Shown in pieces: positions 1 to 9,667 of a stretch of 64,000 bases of DNA; position 1 is the first letter of the stretch; each line of letters begins with the position of its first letter. A program made the position numbers and the translations under genes. The notes under the pieces are model-generated. The model saw only the letters and a program-made list of their open reading frames with translations. It ran no database searches and was not told the origin of the DNA. Source of the stretch: a virus; IMG/VR virus record IMGVR_UViG_3300032235_001020, positions 1 through 64,000 of that record; one strand, given 5' to 3'.

Positions 1-231
1 ATAACAACTGGGGGCATTACTGTGCCGGCCGGCGTCTTTAATGTGGGTGACGCAATCAGCATTTACAACAACAGCGCCAATAGTCAGACGATCACACAAG
101 GTGCAAGTACAACCCTGAGATTGGCGGGCTCGGCTGCTTCAGGAAACAGGGCAATTGCCCAGTACGGCCTGGGCACAATCCTATGTGTGGCGAGCAATGT
201 TTTTGCAGTGAGTGGAGCAGGAGTTAGCTAA
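1..231 (+). CDS. C-terminal part of a tail fibre-associated protein (truncated by window start)
   Basis: Frame is open from base 1. GDAISIYNNS...ITQG..TLRLAG...FAVSGAGVS resembles a short C-terminal domain common in phage fibres. Confidence 0.65.
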   Translation: MTTGGITVPAGVFNVGDAISIYNNSANSQTITQGASTTLRLAGSAASGNRAIAQYGLGTILCVASNVFAVSGAGVS

Positions 232-992
232 TGACAATCCAGCAGATGCTGTTAGGTGGTTCAGCATTTTCAGCGACTGGTGGAACAATCACGACCATCA
301 GTTCTGAAAGGATACACACCTTTACTGGAACGGATACCTTTACGGTTAACAACGCCCCTCCGGGGTTTCAGGTGAGATACCTCGTTGTCGCAGCGGGTGG
401 CGGCGGTGGCAATAGCACCGACAACGAAGGCGGCGGCGGCGGCGGGGCAGGGGGCCTGCTGCATGCAACAAACGTACCTGTCGCTAGCGGCTCCTACGTG
501 GTCGCCGTTGGTGGCGGCACGGGTAACAACTCGGAAATCATTGGTATTTCTGCAACAGCGATCGGCGGTGGCAATGGAGCGCAATTCACTGCAGGTGGCT
601 CTGGCGGTTCCGGCGGCGGCGGCGGTGGCTTCAACGCGACAAGGCCTGGCGGTGCCGGCACGCCCGGTCAGGGGAACAATGGCGGCACGGGGCTACAACT
701 TGGCGGCGGCGGCGGCGGCGGCGGGGCAGGGGGAGCTGGCGGCGACGGAATGAACCCCACGGGTGGCGGAGCTGGGGCGGGCTCTCCTTACAACATCACA
801 GGTGCGATTGCTATCTACGCTTGCGGCGGCCCCGGGAATGGTCGATTTTTCTCAAATGGAGGTGCCGCTGCACTTGGTGGTAGCAGCGCCGGGCAGTCAG
901 GCGCCGCCAATACCGGTAACGGCGGAGGCGGTAGTACCGCTGGGACCGCTGGCGGCTCCGGCATTGTTGTCATCCGCTACACCATTCCATAG
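231..992 (+). CDS. Glycine-rich tail-associated protein
   Basis: HTFTG, YLVVAAGGGGG, poly-Gly tracts and C-terminal GGSGIVVIRY typical of phage glycine-rich domain proteins. Confidence 0.8.
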   Translation: MTIQQMLLGGSAFSATGGTITTISSERIHTFTGTDTFTVNNAPPGFQVRYLVVAAGGGGGNSTDNEGGGGGGAGGLLHATNVPVASGSYVVAVGGGTGNNSEIIGISATAIGGGNGAQFTAGGSGGSGGGGGGFNATRPGGAGTPGQGNNGGTGLQLGGGGGGGGAGGAGGDGMNPTGGGAGAGSPYNITGAIAIYACGGPGNGRFFSNGGAAALGGSSAGQSGAANTGNGGGGSTAGTAGGSGIVVIRYTIP

Positions 993-994
993 TC

Positions 995-1321
995 ATGGCA
1001 CATTTTGCTGAACTCGATAGCCAGAACATAGTGACCCGCGTCCTGGTTGTAGAGAACTCCAAGATCACAGACGAGCAAGGTCAAGAGAGGGAGCAGCTCG
1101 GTCAGGATTTCCTGCGGGGACTTTTTGGCCTTGGTACGGTTTGGGTGCAAACCAGCTACAACGGCAACTTCAGGAAGAACTACGCGACTATCGGCTGCAC
1201 CTACGATTCTGTGCGCGATGGCTTTATCCCTCCCATGCCAGACGATGGGCGCGAATGGGTGCTCGACGAACAAACCCTTCAGTGGGTATTGGCAGCGGAT
1301 CAAGAGACGACTCAGGGCTAG
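995..1321 (+). CDS. Conserved phage protein usually found next to glycine-rich tail genes
   Basis: MAHFAELD..N.V.RVLVV, WVQTSYN.NFRKNYA.IG..YD...D.FIPP motifs. Confidence 0.75.
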   Translation: MAHFAELDSQNIVTRVLVVENSKITDEQGQEREQLGQDFLRGLFGLGTVWVQTSYNGNFRKNYATIGCTYDSVRDGFIPPMPDDGREWVLDEQTLQWVLAADQETTQG

Positions 1322-1453
1322 CGAGCCGTGAGCTGCTCAGATAGCCCTGGCTATCCGCTTCGGTAGTCACATGGACTGGAGCCGACCAGGGGCAAGGGCT
1401 GAGTTTTGAACAGGGGGCCTGCTTAGAATTGTGGAAAGATACAGTTATCCGCG

Positions 1454-1714
1454 ATGCCAACGGTCCGGATCAATGACCGTCCGTACGAGGAAATCGCGGT
1501 CACAACGCGAACCGGTATCCCCCTGCCGGTCACCAGTGGCCTGGAGATTCCTGCGCACGACTATATCGATGTGTCGTATGTCCCTAGCGGCAATGGCGCC
1601 GGGGAGATCTACCAAGTCCTCTACAAAGATGGCGGCTCAGGCGGGCGAACGGTGGCAACGTTGACCCTGTCATACGACGCCAGCAACCGACTTGCGGGCG
1701 TTGCACGGAGCTGA
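1454..1714 (+). CDS. Hypothetical structural protein
   Basis: ORF preceded by TAGAAT at 1424; GLEIPAHDYI and YK.GGSGG..VATLTLSYD motifs. Confidence 0.65.
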   Translation: MPTVRINDRPYEEIAVTTRTGIPLPVTSGLEIPAHDYIDVSYVPSGNGAGEIYQVLYKDGGSGGRTVATLTLSYDASNRLAGVARS

Positions 1715-1802
1715 CTTCAGGGAGAGCAAGGCGCCTGCCAGAGATTGCACGGTGGCTAAGATGATTGCAGCATCGTGAGCGCTTTCGGTCGGATAGCGAG
1801 GC

Positions 1803-4800
1803 ATGGGGTACAAGTTCAACCCATTTACTGGAACGTTCGACCTTGATCCGTCAAGCGAACTTTCCAAGCGACTGGAGGGGTTCCGTGATTCCCGGCGCCT
1901 CTATGTCTCGCTCGAGGGGAATGACAGCAATAACGGAACGTCACCAGGCGAGCCACTCCTGACGCTTGCCGCAGCAGCTGCAGCAGCCGTACCAGGGGAT
2001 GTCGTTGAAGTAGCGCCCGGCGTCTACGCAGAAAACCTGCCGATTCGCTGGAAGCGCGACGTCAGCGTCATTTCGCGCGGGGTCAGGAACTGCGTCGTTC
2101 GGCCAAAGCCTGGCCAGGAAATGAACGACATCTTCCATGTCGATTCTGGCTTCTGGTGTTGGGGTCTGCAGTTTGCTGGGCACCAGGCCGACGCGGCAAA
2201 CAATCAACAGTCTTGGGCCATTTCATTTGATGCGCTGGCCGACAACACGGCACTTGGCGCACTGGGGCTGGGCGCATATGTCCTGAAGTCGCCCTATATC
2301 CAGAACTGCACGTCAATTACTGCAGAGGACGACAGCGGTACTGCTGGTAGTCAGTCCACCGGCGACACCGGCGGCGGCATCCTGGTTGACGGCTCGCGCT
2401 GTGCCTTGAACAGCCCCATCCGTTCGATGGTGGTTGACTCGTACACGCAGGTCAACCTGGGCGGCCCCGGTTGCCTCGTCATCAACGACGGCTACGCACA
2501 GCTGGTCTCGTTCTTTGGGACGTTCTGCGAATACCACGTCAAGACCACGACCGGCGGACAGGTCAACCTCTCGGGCGGCGGCACGAGCGACTTCGGTACG
2601 TACGGCCTGGTGGCAGACGGGTATTCCCCGACTGCGATCTTTACCGGTAAAGCGAGAACCACCTACTTCGGTGCTCCGAGAATTGAGAAGACCGTCGCCA
2701 TCGACACGACGACGGATGTCTTCACATGCACGGCGCATGGACTCAGCAATGGCGACCAGGTCACGTTCAAGCTCTCTAGCGGCACGCTGCCGACAGGTCT
2801 GAGCACGACAACGACGTATTACGTGCGTGACGTTGCCGCCAATACGTTCAAGGTCTCGGCGACCGCAGGTGGCGCCGCCCTGGACATGAGCGGTGCAGCG
2901 ACGGGGACCTATCAGGTCGTTCGCCAGGGAGTCACGGAAGCCGACCTGATCAGCTTCAGTGCCAACCGTCTGGGCCGTCATATCAAGTACCCCACGGCCG
3001 GGAGCCTGGGCTCGTCGACGAGTCCAGTTCAGATTCAGACGGTCAGCGGCAGCTCGTTCACTGTCACTCTCGGCACGAGCACGATTCTGCACACCTATCG
3101 CGGTGGCGGCACGCTGACTGTAGGTGCGTCGACTTACGCCATCACGAGCGCAACCTATAACAACACGACCGGTGTTGCGACACTGACGGCCAGCGGCTAC
3201 ACGCCAACGGTTGGAGCGACAGTGTCCCTGACTGGGCTTGTCTTCATCTGCAACAGCGTCAGCCGTCCCACTGCGGGGCAGCTGATGTTCCCCCGCCTGG
3301 TGTTCCCGAGGAATTCCACGACGGGCGCGGCGCAGGCGAAGGTCTTCACGTACACGCGGACTGGCACATACACGCTGACCTACCTGGAGGCAGCCTCTCC
3401 GTCCGGTCCTGATCACGAGTACGCCGAGGGCGGCACCGTCAAAGTGAACGGTGTGACGGACCTGGGTGTCGCCAATGCCGTCTACAACAAGACGACGGGC
3501 CTGGTCACGGTCACCACCAAGTCTGCAGTTCCGGCCAGCAGCGGAAGCATCACCGTCGAGGGTCTGGAATTCATCTGCCCAACAAGCGCTTATATCGTCA
3601 CCAGCAGCGTACCGATCAACGCCAGTGGTGTGCCTGTCGCCAATGACGCACCCACCAAGGCTGGCTATAGGGTTCTGTTCTATTCGGGCACGAATGGTGG
3701 TCTGTCCAATAGCTTGGCCGCTGACCAGGTTCTTGATTTCCGCAGCCGTTCGCAGATCAGCGCCCCGAGCCATACCTTTGAGTACGTAGGTTCAGGCACG
3801 AACTACGACGCATTGCCGTTCAATGGAGGCGTCCCCATTCCCGCCAACCGGATTGTTGAGACCAAGAACGGAAAGGTCTACTCATCGAATACCGACGAGC
3901 TAGGCAACTTCGCTGTTGGCTCTCAGTTCACGGTCGATGGCACCACTGGCGCGGTCACGATCAATACCAACCAGTTCAACCTCAGCGGACTGAATGCGGT
4001 TGGACCATTCTCGAGGAATGGAGGGTTTTCGACCGTAGGTGTTCAGCTGCAAGAAGTCAGCAATAATGCCGATCTGATTGCAAGCACCGGGGTCGCAGAT
4101 GGCAATACGGCGCCGACGCAGTTTGCTGTTAAGGAATACGTCGGCTCTCGCTATGTCACCAACGTCACAGGGACCGCCGGCCAGCCACTGACGCTGTCGG
4201 GTGCCGTAGCGACGGATGGCACGGGGAACAAGACCTTCGTACGGAACATTGAGCTGAGCCTGAATACAGCCAATGGCCTGCTGAGGCTTGATGGCAGTGG
4301 CCTGGCTCCGCGCGCGCAGCTGCCGTCGGTGATCACGAGCCAGATCGACAACGATGCGGTCACCTACGCCAAGATCCAGAACGTCACCGCCACCGACAGG
4401 CTGCTGGGCCGCTCCAGTGCTGGTGCCGGCGACGTCGAAGAGATCGCCTGCAGCGCTGCCGGACGCGCCTTGCTGGATGACGCCGATGCGACGGCACAGC
4501 GAACGACCCTGGGTCTGGGGAATGTCGACAACACCAGTGACGCCGCCAAGCCAGTCAGCACGGCGACGCAAACAGCGCTGAATCTCAAGGCTCCCCTGGC
4601 ATCCCCAGCGCTGACTGGAACGCCGAGTGCGCCTACAGCAGGGGCTGGCACGAACACCACTCAGATCGCGACGACGGCGTTTGTGGCGACGGCTGTCGAT
4701 GCAGCCAAGCAAGGCCTCAGCATTAAGCAGTCCTGCCGCACTGCCACGACAGCCAACATCACGCTGTCGGGCTTGCAGACCATCGACGGGGTGACTGTCG

Positions 4801-7343
4801 CTGCGGGCGATCGCGTTCTGGTGAAAGACCAGTCGACTGGTAGCGCGAATGGTATCTACGTCGCAGCCAGCGGGGCATGGAGCCGCGCCAGTGACTTCGA
4901 TGCGGGCGCTGACGTCGTCGAAGGGGCGTTCACCTTTGTCGAAGAAGGCACCGCCAATGGCGACAGCGGTTGGGTGCTGGTCACAGACGGAACCATCACG
5001 ATCGGCACGACGGCGCTGGCGTTCACCCAGTTTTCCGGCGCCGGTCAGATCACGGCTGGAGACGGCCTCACCAAGACAGGTAACACCATCAATGCGGTGG
5101 GCACTGCCGGGCGCATTGTCGTTAATGCCGACAGCATCGACCTGGCCTCGAGCATCGTCACCGCCGGTACGTATCAGGCAGTCACTGTCGATACCTACGG
5201 TCGGGTCACGGGTGGCAGCAACCCGACAACCCTGGCTGGCTACGGGATTACTGATGCCCAGCCCCTCGACGGCGACCTCACGGCCATCGCCGGCCTGGCA
5301 GGCACCACTGGCTTCCTAAAGAAGACAGCAGCCAATACCTGGAGCCTGGATACCAGCACGTATCTGACGGGTAACCAGTCGATCACGGTCTCTGGGGATG
5401 CCAGTGGCAGTGGGGCCACATCGATCTCGTTGACACTTGCCAACACTGCTGTCACGCCCGGGAGCTACACCAACGCTTCTCTGACGGTAGACAGCAAAGG
5501 CCGTATTACCACTGCGAGCAGCGGGACGGCGCCAGTCACCACGGTCTCGGGTACGGCCCCCATTGTTTCGAGCGGTGGCACGACTCCTGCCATCAGCATC
5601 AGCGCGGCTACAACCTCCGCTGCTGGCTCCATGTCAGCGGCCGACAAAACCAAGCTGGACGGAATCGCCGCCGGAGCTCAAGTCAACGTCGCCACCGACC
5701 TCAGCTACACAGCGGCCACGCGCTTACTGGAGAGCAGCACGGGCGCGGATGTCACCCTGCCCCTGTTCAGCAGCACGGCCGCTGGCTTGGTTGGGAGTTC
5801 CGGCGGCGGAACCACCAACTTCCTGCGTGCCGATGGCACATGGTCTGCCGCTCAACCACTCGATGCTGACCTCACAGCTATCGCTGTCCTTGCCGGCACT
5901 AGCGGCTTCCTCAGGAAAACGGCAGCAGATACGTGGACGCTTGATACCAGTACCTACCTGACAGGTAACCAGTCGATCACGGTCTCAGGGGATGCCAGCG
6001 GTACTGGCTCTACCTCGATCGCGCTGACCCTTGCTAACACTGCCGTCACGCCCGGCACCTACAGCAACGCGTCGATCACGGTCGACGCCAAGGGGCGAGT
6101 CACATCCGCGAGCAGCGGGGTAGGTCCTGCGGTCGTCGATGGTGACAAGGGCGACATCACAGTCAGCGGCTCGGGTGCGACCTGGACCATCGACAACGAT
6201 GTTGTTACGTACGCCAAGCTGCAGAACGTCACCTCGGCGCGCCTGATCGGACGCAGTAGTGCAGGCGCTGGTGATGCAGAAGAGATTTCGATCGGCTCTG
6301 GGCTCGCCTTGTCTGGGGGCACGCTCTCTGCCACGGGTAGCGGCACGTCTCTCACGGACGGCGACAAGGGCGACATCACGGTCAGCGCATCTGGTGCGAC
6401 CTGGACCATTGATAACGGCGCTGTTAGCTACGCCAAGATCCAGAACGTCTCGGGCACTGACAAGCTGCTGGGACGCTCGAGTGCCGGCAGTGGCGCTGTA
6501 CAGGAAATCACCTGCACGGCTGCAGGGCGCGCTCTGCTGGACGACGCTGATGCGGCCGCGCAGAGAACAACGCTGGGCCTGGGCAACCTCGCCACTCAGA
6601 GCGGCACGTTCAGCGGTACGTCCAGCGGCACCAATACAGGCGACCAGACGATCACCCTGACCGGTGACGTGACAGGGGGCGGCACTGGCTCCTTCGCTGC
6701 AACGCTTGCCAATACAGCAGTCACTGCTGGCAGCTACACCAACGCCTCGCTGACCGTCGATAGCAAGGGCAGGCTGACTGCCGCCGCGAATGGCACCGCA
6801 CCGGTCACCAGTGTCACGGGTACGGCGCCCATTGTCTCGAGTGGCGGCGTCACACCGGCCATCAGTATCAGCACAGCCACGACGTCCGCTGCTGGCTCGA
6901 TGTCCGCCTCGGACAAGAGCAAGCTCGATGGGATTGCCGCAGGAGCGGATGTTAACGTCCCGACAGACCTGAGCTACACCGCAGGCACCCGCTTGCTGGC
7001 TAGTAGCACCGGCGCCGATGTCACGCTGCCCCTGTTCAATAGCACGGAAGCAGGTCTTGCCCCACTGAGTGGTGGTGGCACTGGCAACTATTTGCGGGCA
7101 GACGGAAGTTGGGCTGCCCCGGTCAGCATCGGGGTAACAGCTGCAGACGTCCTGAGCTACGTCAATGGAGAGGTTGAAGCAGATGATCCGGGTGTTGACC
7201 GACTGCTCTTCTGGGATGACAGCGCCGGGAAACTAACTCATCTAGAACCCGGAGCTGGTCTTACGATTAGTGGAACCAAGATCACCGCATCCGGGAGCGG
7301 TCCATCTGCCGGATCGCTTTACTTGTACGCATTCTGCGTTTGA
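1803..7343 (+). CDS. Long tail fibre protein with an N-terminal pectin-lyase-like/beta-helix region and repeated fibre modules
   Basis: 1846 aa; YVS..GND.N.G...P..TL, KAPLASPALTGTP.APTA..GTNTTQIATTAFV and ATTANITLSG.QTIDGV...GDRVLVKDQ motifs; repeats of YAK.QNV, DGDKGDITVS, QPLD.DLTAIA. Confidence 0.9.
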   Translation: MGYKFNPFTGTFDLDPSSELSKRLEGFRDSRRLYVSLEGNDSNNGTSPGEPLLTLAAAAAAAVPGDVVEVAPGVYAENLPIRWKRDVSVISRGVRNCVVRPKPGQEMNDIFHVDSGFWCWGLQFAGHQADAANNQQSWAISFDALADNTALGALGLGAYVLKSPYIQNCTSITAEDDSGTAGSQSTGDTGGGILVDGSRCALNSPIRSMVVDSYTQVNLGGPGCLVINDGYAQLVSFFGTFCEYHVKTTTGGQVNLSGGGTSDFGTYGLVADGYSPTAIFTGKARTTYFGAPRIEKTVAIDTTTDVFTCTAHGLSNGDQVTFKLSSGTLPTGLSTTTTYYVRDVAANTFKVSATAGGAALDMSGAATGTYQVVRQGVTEADLISFSANRLGRHIKYPTAGSLGSSTSPVQIQTVSGSSFTVTLGTSTILHTYRGGGTLTVGASTYAITSATYNNTTGVATLTASGYTPTVGATVSLTGLVFICNSVSRPTAGQLMFPRLVFPRNSTTGAAQAKVFTYTRTGTYTLTYLEAASPSGPDHEYAEGGTVKVNGVTDLGVANAVYNKTTGLVTVTTKSAVPASSGSITVEGLEFICPTSAYIVTSSVPINASGVPVANDAPTKAGYRVLFYSGTNGGLSNSLAADQVLDFRSRSQISAPSHTFEYVGSGTNYDALPFNGGVPIPANRIVETKNGKVYSSNTDELGNFAVGSQFTVDGTTGAVTINTNQFNLSGLNAVGPFSRNGGFSTVGVQLQEVSNNADLIASTGVADGNTAPTQFAVKEYVGSRYVTNVTGTAGQPLTLSGAVATDGTGNKTFVRNIELSLNTANGLLRLDGSGLAPRAQLPSVITSQIDNDAVTYAKIQNVTATDRLLGRSSAGAGDVEEIACSAAGRALLDDADATAQRTTLGLGNVDNTSDAAKPVSTATQTALNLKAPLASPALTGTPSAPTAGAGTNTTQIATTAFVATAVDAAKQGLSIKQSCRTATTANITLSGLQTIDGVTVAAGDRVLVKDQSTGSANGIYVAASGAWSRASDFDAGADVVEGAFTFVEEGTANGDSGWVLVTDGTITIGTTALAFTQFSGAGQITAGDGLTKTGNTINAVGTAGRIVVNADSIDLASSIVTAGTYQAVTVDTYGRVTGGSNPTTLAGYGITDAQPLDGDLTAIAGLAGTTGFLKKTAANTWSLDTSTYLTGNQSITVSGDASGSGATSISLTLANTAVTPGSYTNASLTVDSKGRITTASSGTAPVTTVSGTAPIVSSGGTTPAISISAATTSAAGSMSAADKTKLDGIAAGAQVNVATDLSYTAATRLLESSTGADVTLPLFSSTAAGLVGSSGGGTTNFLRADGTWSAAQPLDADLTAIAVLAGTSGFLRKTAADTWTLDTSTYLTGNQSITVSGDASGTGSTSIALTLANTAVTPGTYSNASITVDAKGRVTSASSGVGPAVVDGDKGDITVSGSGATWTIDNDVVTYAKLQNVTSARLIGRSSAGAGDAEEISIGSGLALSGGTLSATGSGTSLTDGDKGDITVSASGATWTIDNGAVSYAKIQNVSGTDKLLGRSSAGSGAVQEITCTAAGRALLDDADAAAQRTTLGLGNLATQSGTFSGTSSGTNTGDQTITLTGDVTGGGTGSFAATLANTAVTAGSYTNASLTVDSKGRLTAAANGTAPVTSVTGTAPIVSSGGVTPAISISTATTSAAGSMSASDKSKLDGIAAGADVNVPTDLSYTAGTRLLASSTGADVTLPLFNSTEAGLAPLSGGGTGNYLRADGSWAAPVSIGVTAADVLSYVNGEVEADDPGVDRLLFWDDSAGKLTHLEPGAGLTISGTKITASGSGPSAGSLYLYAFCV
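4350..7120 (+). repeat. Internal direct repeats in the tail fibre gene
   Basis: GGTAACCAGTCGATCACGGTCTC is exact at 5370-5392 and 5964-5986; GACAAGGGCGACATCAC occurs twice; peptide modules recur 2-3 times. Confidence 0.85.
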
Positions 7344-7346
7344 TCC

Positions 7347-7739
7347 ATGGCTTCCACACCTGAATTCGTCAAGACCCCTCGTATCGAGGTGGTGAACATT
7401 TCGACGGCCAACACCGCTATTGACGGCACTGGCACGGTGACCGCTCTGATCCAGGGCGCGACTGGCGGCACGCGAGTCCTGGAGATCGTTGCCAAAGGCG
7501 CGGCTACGACGGCAGCGGCCAATGTCAACATCTTCTTGAGCGTCGACAGCGGGACGACCTGGCGGCTGTTCGACACAATCAGCGTCACCCCGGTAACTAG
7601 CGCCAACACGACCGCTACGTTCCGCGCCAGGACGACCTATACCAACCTTTTACTGGCAAGCTCCACTCAGCGCCTTGGCGTCACAACGAGCATCGCGCAA
7701 AGCACAAACGTCATTGCGCTTGGAGGCGACTTGGCATGA
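7347..7739 (+). CDS. Small tail-associated structural protein
   Basis: Thr/Ala-rich beta-type sequence directly downstream of the fibre gene. Confidence 0.7.
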   Translation: MASTPEFVKTPRIEVVNISTANTAIDGTGTVTALIQGATGGTRVLEIVAKGAATTAAANVNIFLSVDSGTTWRLFDTISVTPVTSANTTATFRARTTYTNLLLASSTQRLGVTTSIAQSTNVIALGGDLA

Positions 7740-8608
7740 CCCAGCGGACATACGGCTGGCCCGGGTCGGGCCCTACCGACTTTCGTGGCGGCGTCAACGT
7801 CGCTGAAGGGGACTTCAGTGTTGAAGACGGTGCAATTAGCGTCAAGAAAGGGGACCTCTCGCTGGACGGCGGAGCTGCGTTCACGACAACGCTGCAATGC
7901 ATCCCGGCCACCGCTAATCGCACTCTGTCACTTCCGGATGCCAACGGGGTACTGACGGTACTGGCCGGCAACCCAGGCCAGGTTATTTACAACAACCTGG
8001 GATCGTACGCTGGCATTGCAAACAGCGTCGTCAATTCATCAGGGTTGATTGACCTGGGCTCCAACAGCGTGGCATCCGCTCCGTTGGCGACGCTGAGCGG
8101 AGTTTGGTTCACCGGTGGTACGGCCACGACAACCAAGCCGCATCTACTGGTTGAGCCGGCCGGCACGACCAGTACGGGCTGGTCCACTACCGGCACAGGC
8201 ATTGGAGTTAACGCGACAGCGGCCTTCACTGGGCGGCTGATTGATCTGCAGCTCAATGGCTCGACCCGCTTCAGCGTATCGTCCGCTGGCTTAGCGACCT
8301 GCCGGGGAGTCGATATTGCCGATGGCTTCAACATCAGTACCGGCACGACTACTGGAACGCGGATCGGAACAGCGACGACGCAAAGGCTTGGGTTCTTCAA
8401 CGCAACGCCAGTCGTCCAGCCAGCAGCCGTGACGGATCTAACGGTGACGGCCACAACGGGGACGCTGCCGACGGCCAACGGTTCAGTGACGGTCGCCAAT
8501 GCTGCGACTCCAACAACAGCCGAACTCCTGGAGTACTGCGTAGAGATTGAGGCTAAATTAGAGGCAGCCCTTGGCAGGCTGCGCAGCTTGGGCCTCATCG
8601 CCACCTAA
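7736..8608 (+). CDS. Fibre/decoration-like protein
   Basis: ATGA overlap; TANRTLSLPDANG, GTTTGT.IGTATTQ.LGFFNATPVVQP motifs; C-terminal L..LR.LGLIA. Confidence 0.7.
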   Translation: MTQRTYGWPGSGPTDFRGGVNVAEGDFSVEDGAISVKKGDLSLDGGAAFTTTLQCIPATANRTLSLPDANGVLTVLAGNPGQVIYNNLGSYAGIANSVVNSSGLIDLGSNSVASAPLATLSGVWFTGGTATTTKPHLLVEPAGTTSTGWSTTGTGIGVNATAAFTGRLIDLQLNGSTRFSVSSAGLATCRGVDIADGFNISTGTTTGTRIGTATTQRLGFFNATPVVQPAAVTDLTVTATTGTLPTANGSVTVANAATPTTAELLEYCVEIEAKLEAALGRLRSLGLIAT

Positions 8609-8622
8609 CGCTTCTGGATCCC

Positions 8623-8910
8623 ATGGATTTCGTTATCTCGATCCCTGATGATCTCGTCCCAGGGGTGGTTGCCAGCGCAGCCCTAGAAAACACAACGCCA
8701 GAGCAGGTGGTACAGGGCTCGGCTATTGCCCTGGCCACTAAGACTTGCCAAGACCTGAACGTCGGCCCGTATTACGTTGGTCCGACAAATCCTCTGTTTA
8801 ACGCCGACGGCAGCCCCTTCACCCCTCCCGTAGAACCCGCTCCCGATCAGCCCAGCGCCGATGCTCCTTCCGCCGCAGTGGTGGACATCGACGCTGATCA
8901 GGAGCTGTGA
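8623..8910 (+). CDS. Hypothetical protein (possible fibre assembly chaperone)
   Basis: Acidic ORF inside the operon. Confidence 0.55.
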   Translation: MDFVISIPDDLVPGVVASAALENTTPEQVVQGSAIALATKTCQDLNVGPYYVGPTNPLFNADGSPFTPPVEPAPDQPSADAPSAAVVDIDADQEL

Positions 8911-9627
8911 ATGACGTTGCTGCTGCCCTCGGGTTACCTGGCAACTGATCCGCTCTATAGCAGCGTGCCAATTTTGCTGCATGGAGATGGCAGCAATGGC
9001 AGCACGGTCTTCGTGGACTCGAGTCCCTCGGCGCGAACGCCGCTTTACGTCGGCGGGAATACATCCATCAGTACAGCACAAAGTCAGTTTGGGAAGTCTT
9101 CAATTAGGTTTGATGGAAGTGGCGACTACCTGGGATACGCCTCTTCTACGGCCTTCGACTTGCCTGGAGACTTCACTATCGAGTTCTGGCTCCATATGGT
9201 GGCTACGGGCGGCGGCATGCTCGTGCGCCGCAGGCTGGACACCAGTGGCGTGGGCTCATGGGGTTTCGTGCATGAAACAGGCAACATTGTCAGGTTTACT
9301 TCGCTCACGGGTTCAGGAGATGTTGCCGTTAATCTCGGTACTTACCAAGTAAATCGCTGGCACCACTGTGCAGTTACACGCCAGGGAAATAGAATTCGTG
9401 GCTTCATAGACGGAGCACTAGGAGCATCCGCATTCTCCTCCATAGACTTCACGAGTACGTGGGACTTATTCCTGGGCGCCTGGGATAGATCTGGCAGTGG
9501 TTCCGTTCCTACTCAGAACTACATGAACGGGTACATTGAGGACCTGAGGATCACGAAGGGATTCGCAAGATACACGGTCCCATTCTTCCCTCCACTGACA
9601 CGGCTGCCTGACACGGCTAGCCGGTAG
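8911..9627 (+). CDS. LamG/concanavalin-A-like domain protein
   Basis: LLHGDG, FDGSGDYL, DFTIEFW, WHHCAVTR, GYIEDLRITKG.ARY. Confidence 0.9.
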   Translation: MTLLLPSGYLATDPLYSSVPILLHGDGSNGSTVFVDSSPSARTPLYVGGNTSISTAQSQFGKSSIRFDGSGDYLGYASSTAFDLPGDFTIEFWLHMVATGGGMLVRRRLDTSGVGSWGFVHETGNIVRFTSLTGSGDVAVNLGTYQVNRWHHCAVTRQGNRIRGFIDGALGASAFSSIDFTSTWDLFLGAWDRSGSGSVPTQNYMNGYIEDLRITKGFARYTVPFFPPLTRLPDTASR

Positions 9628-9667
9628 CAGTCAAGTGCCGACCCCAGAACGACATCAGGACTAGGTC

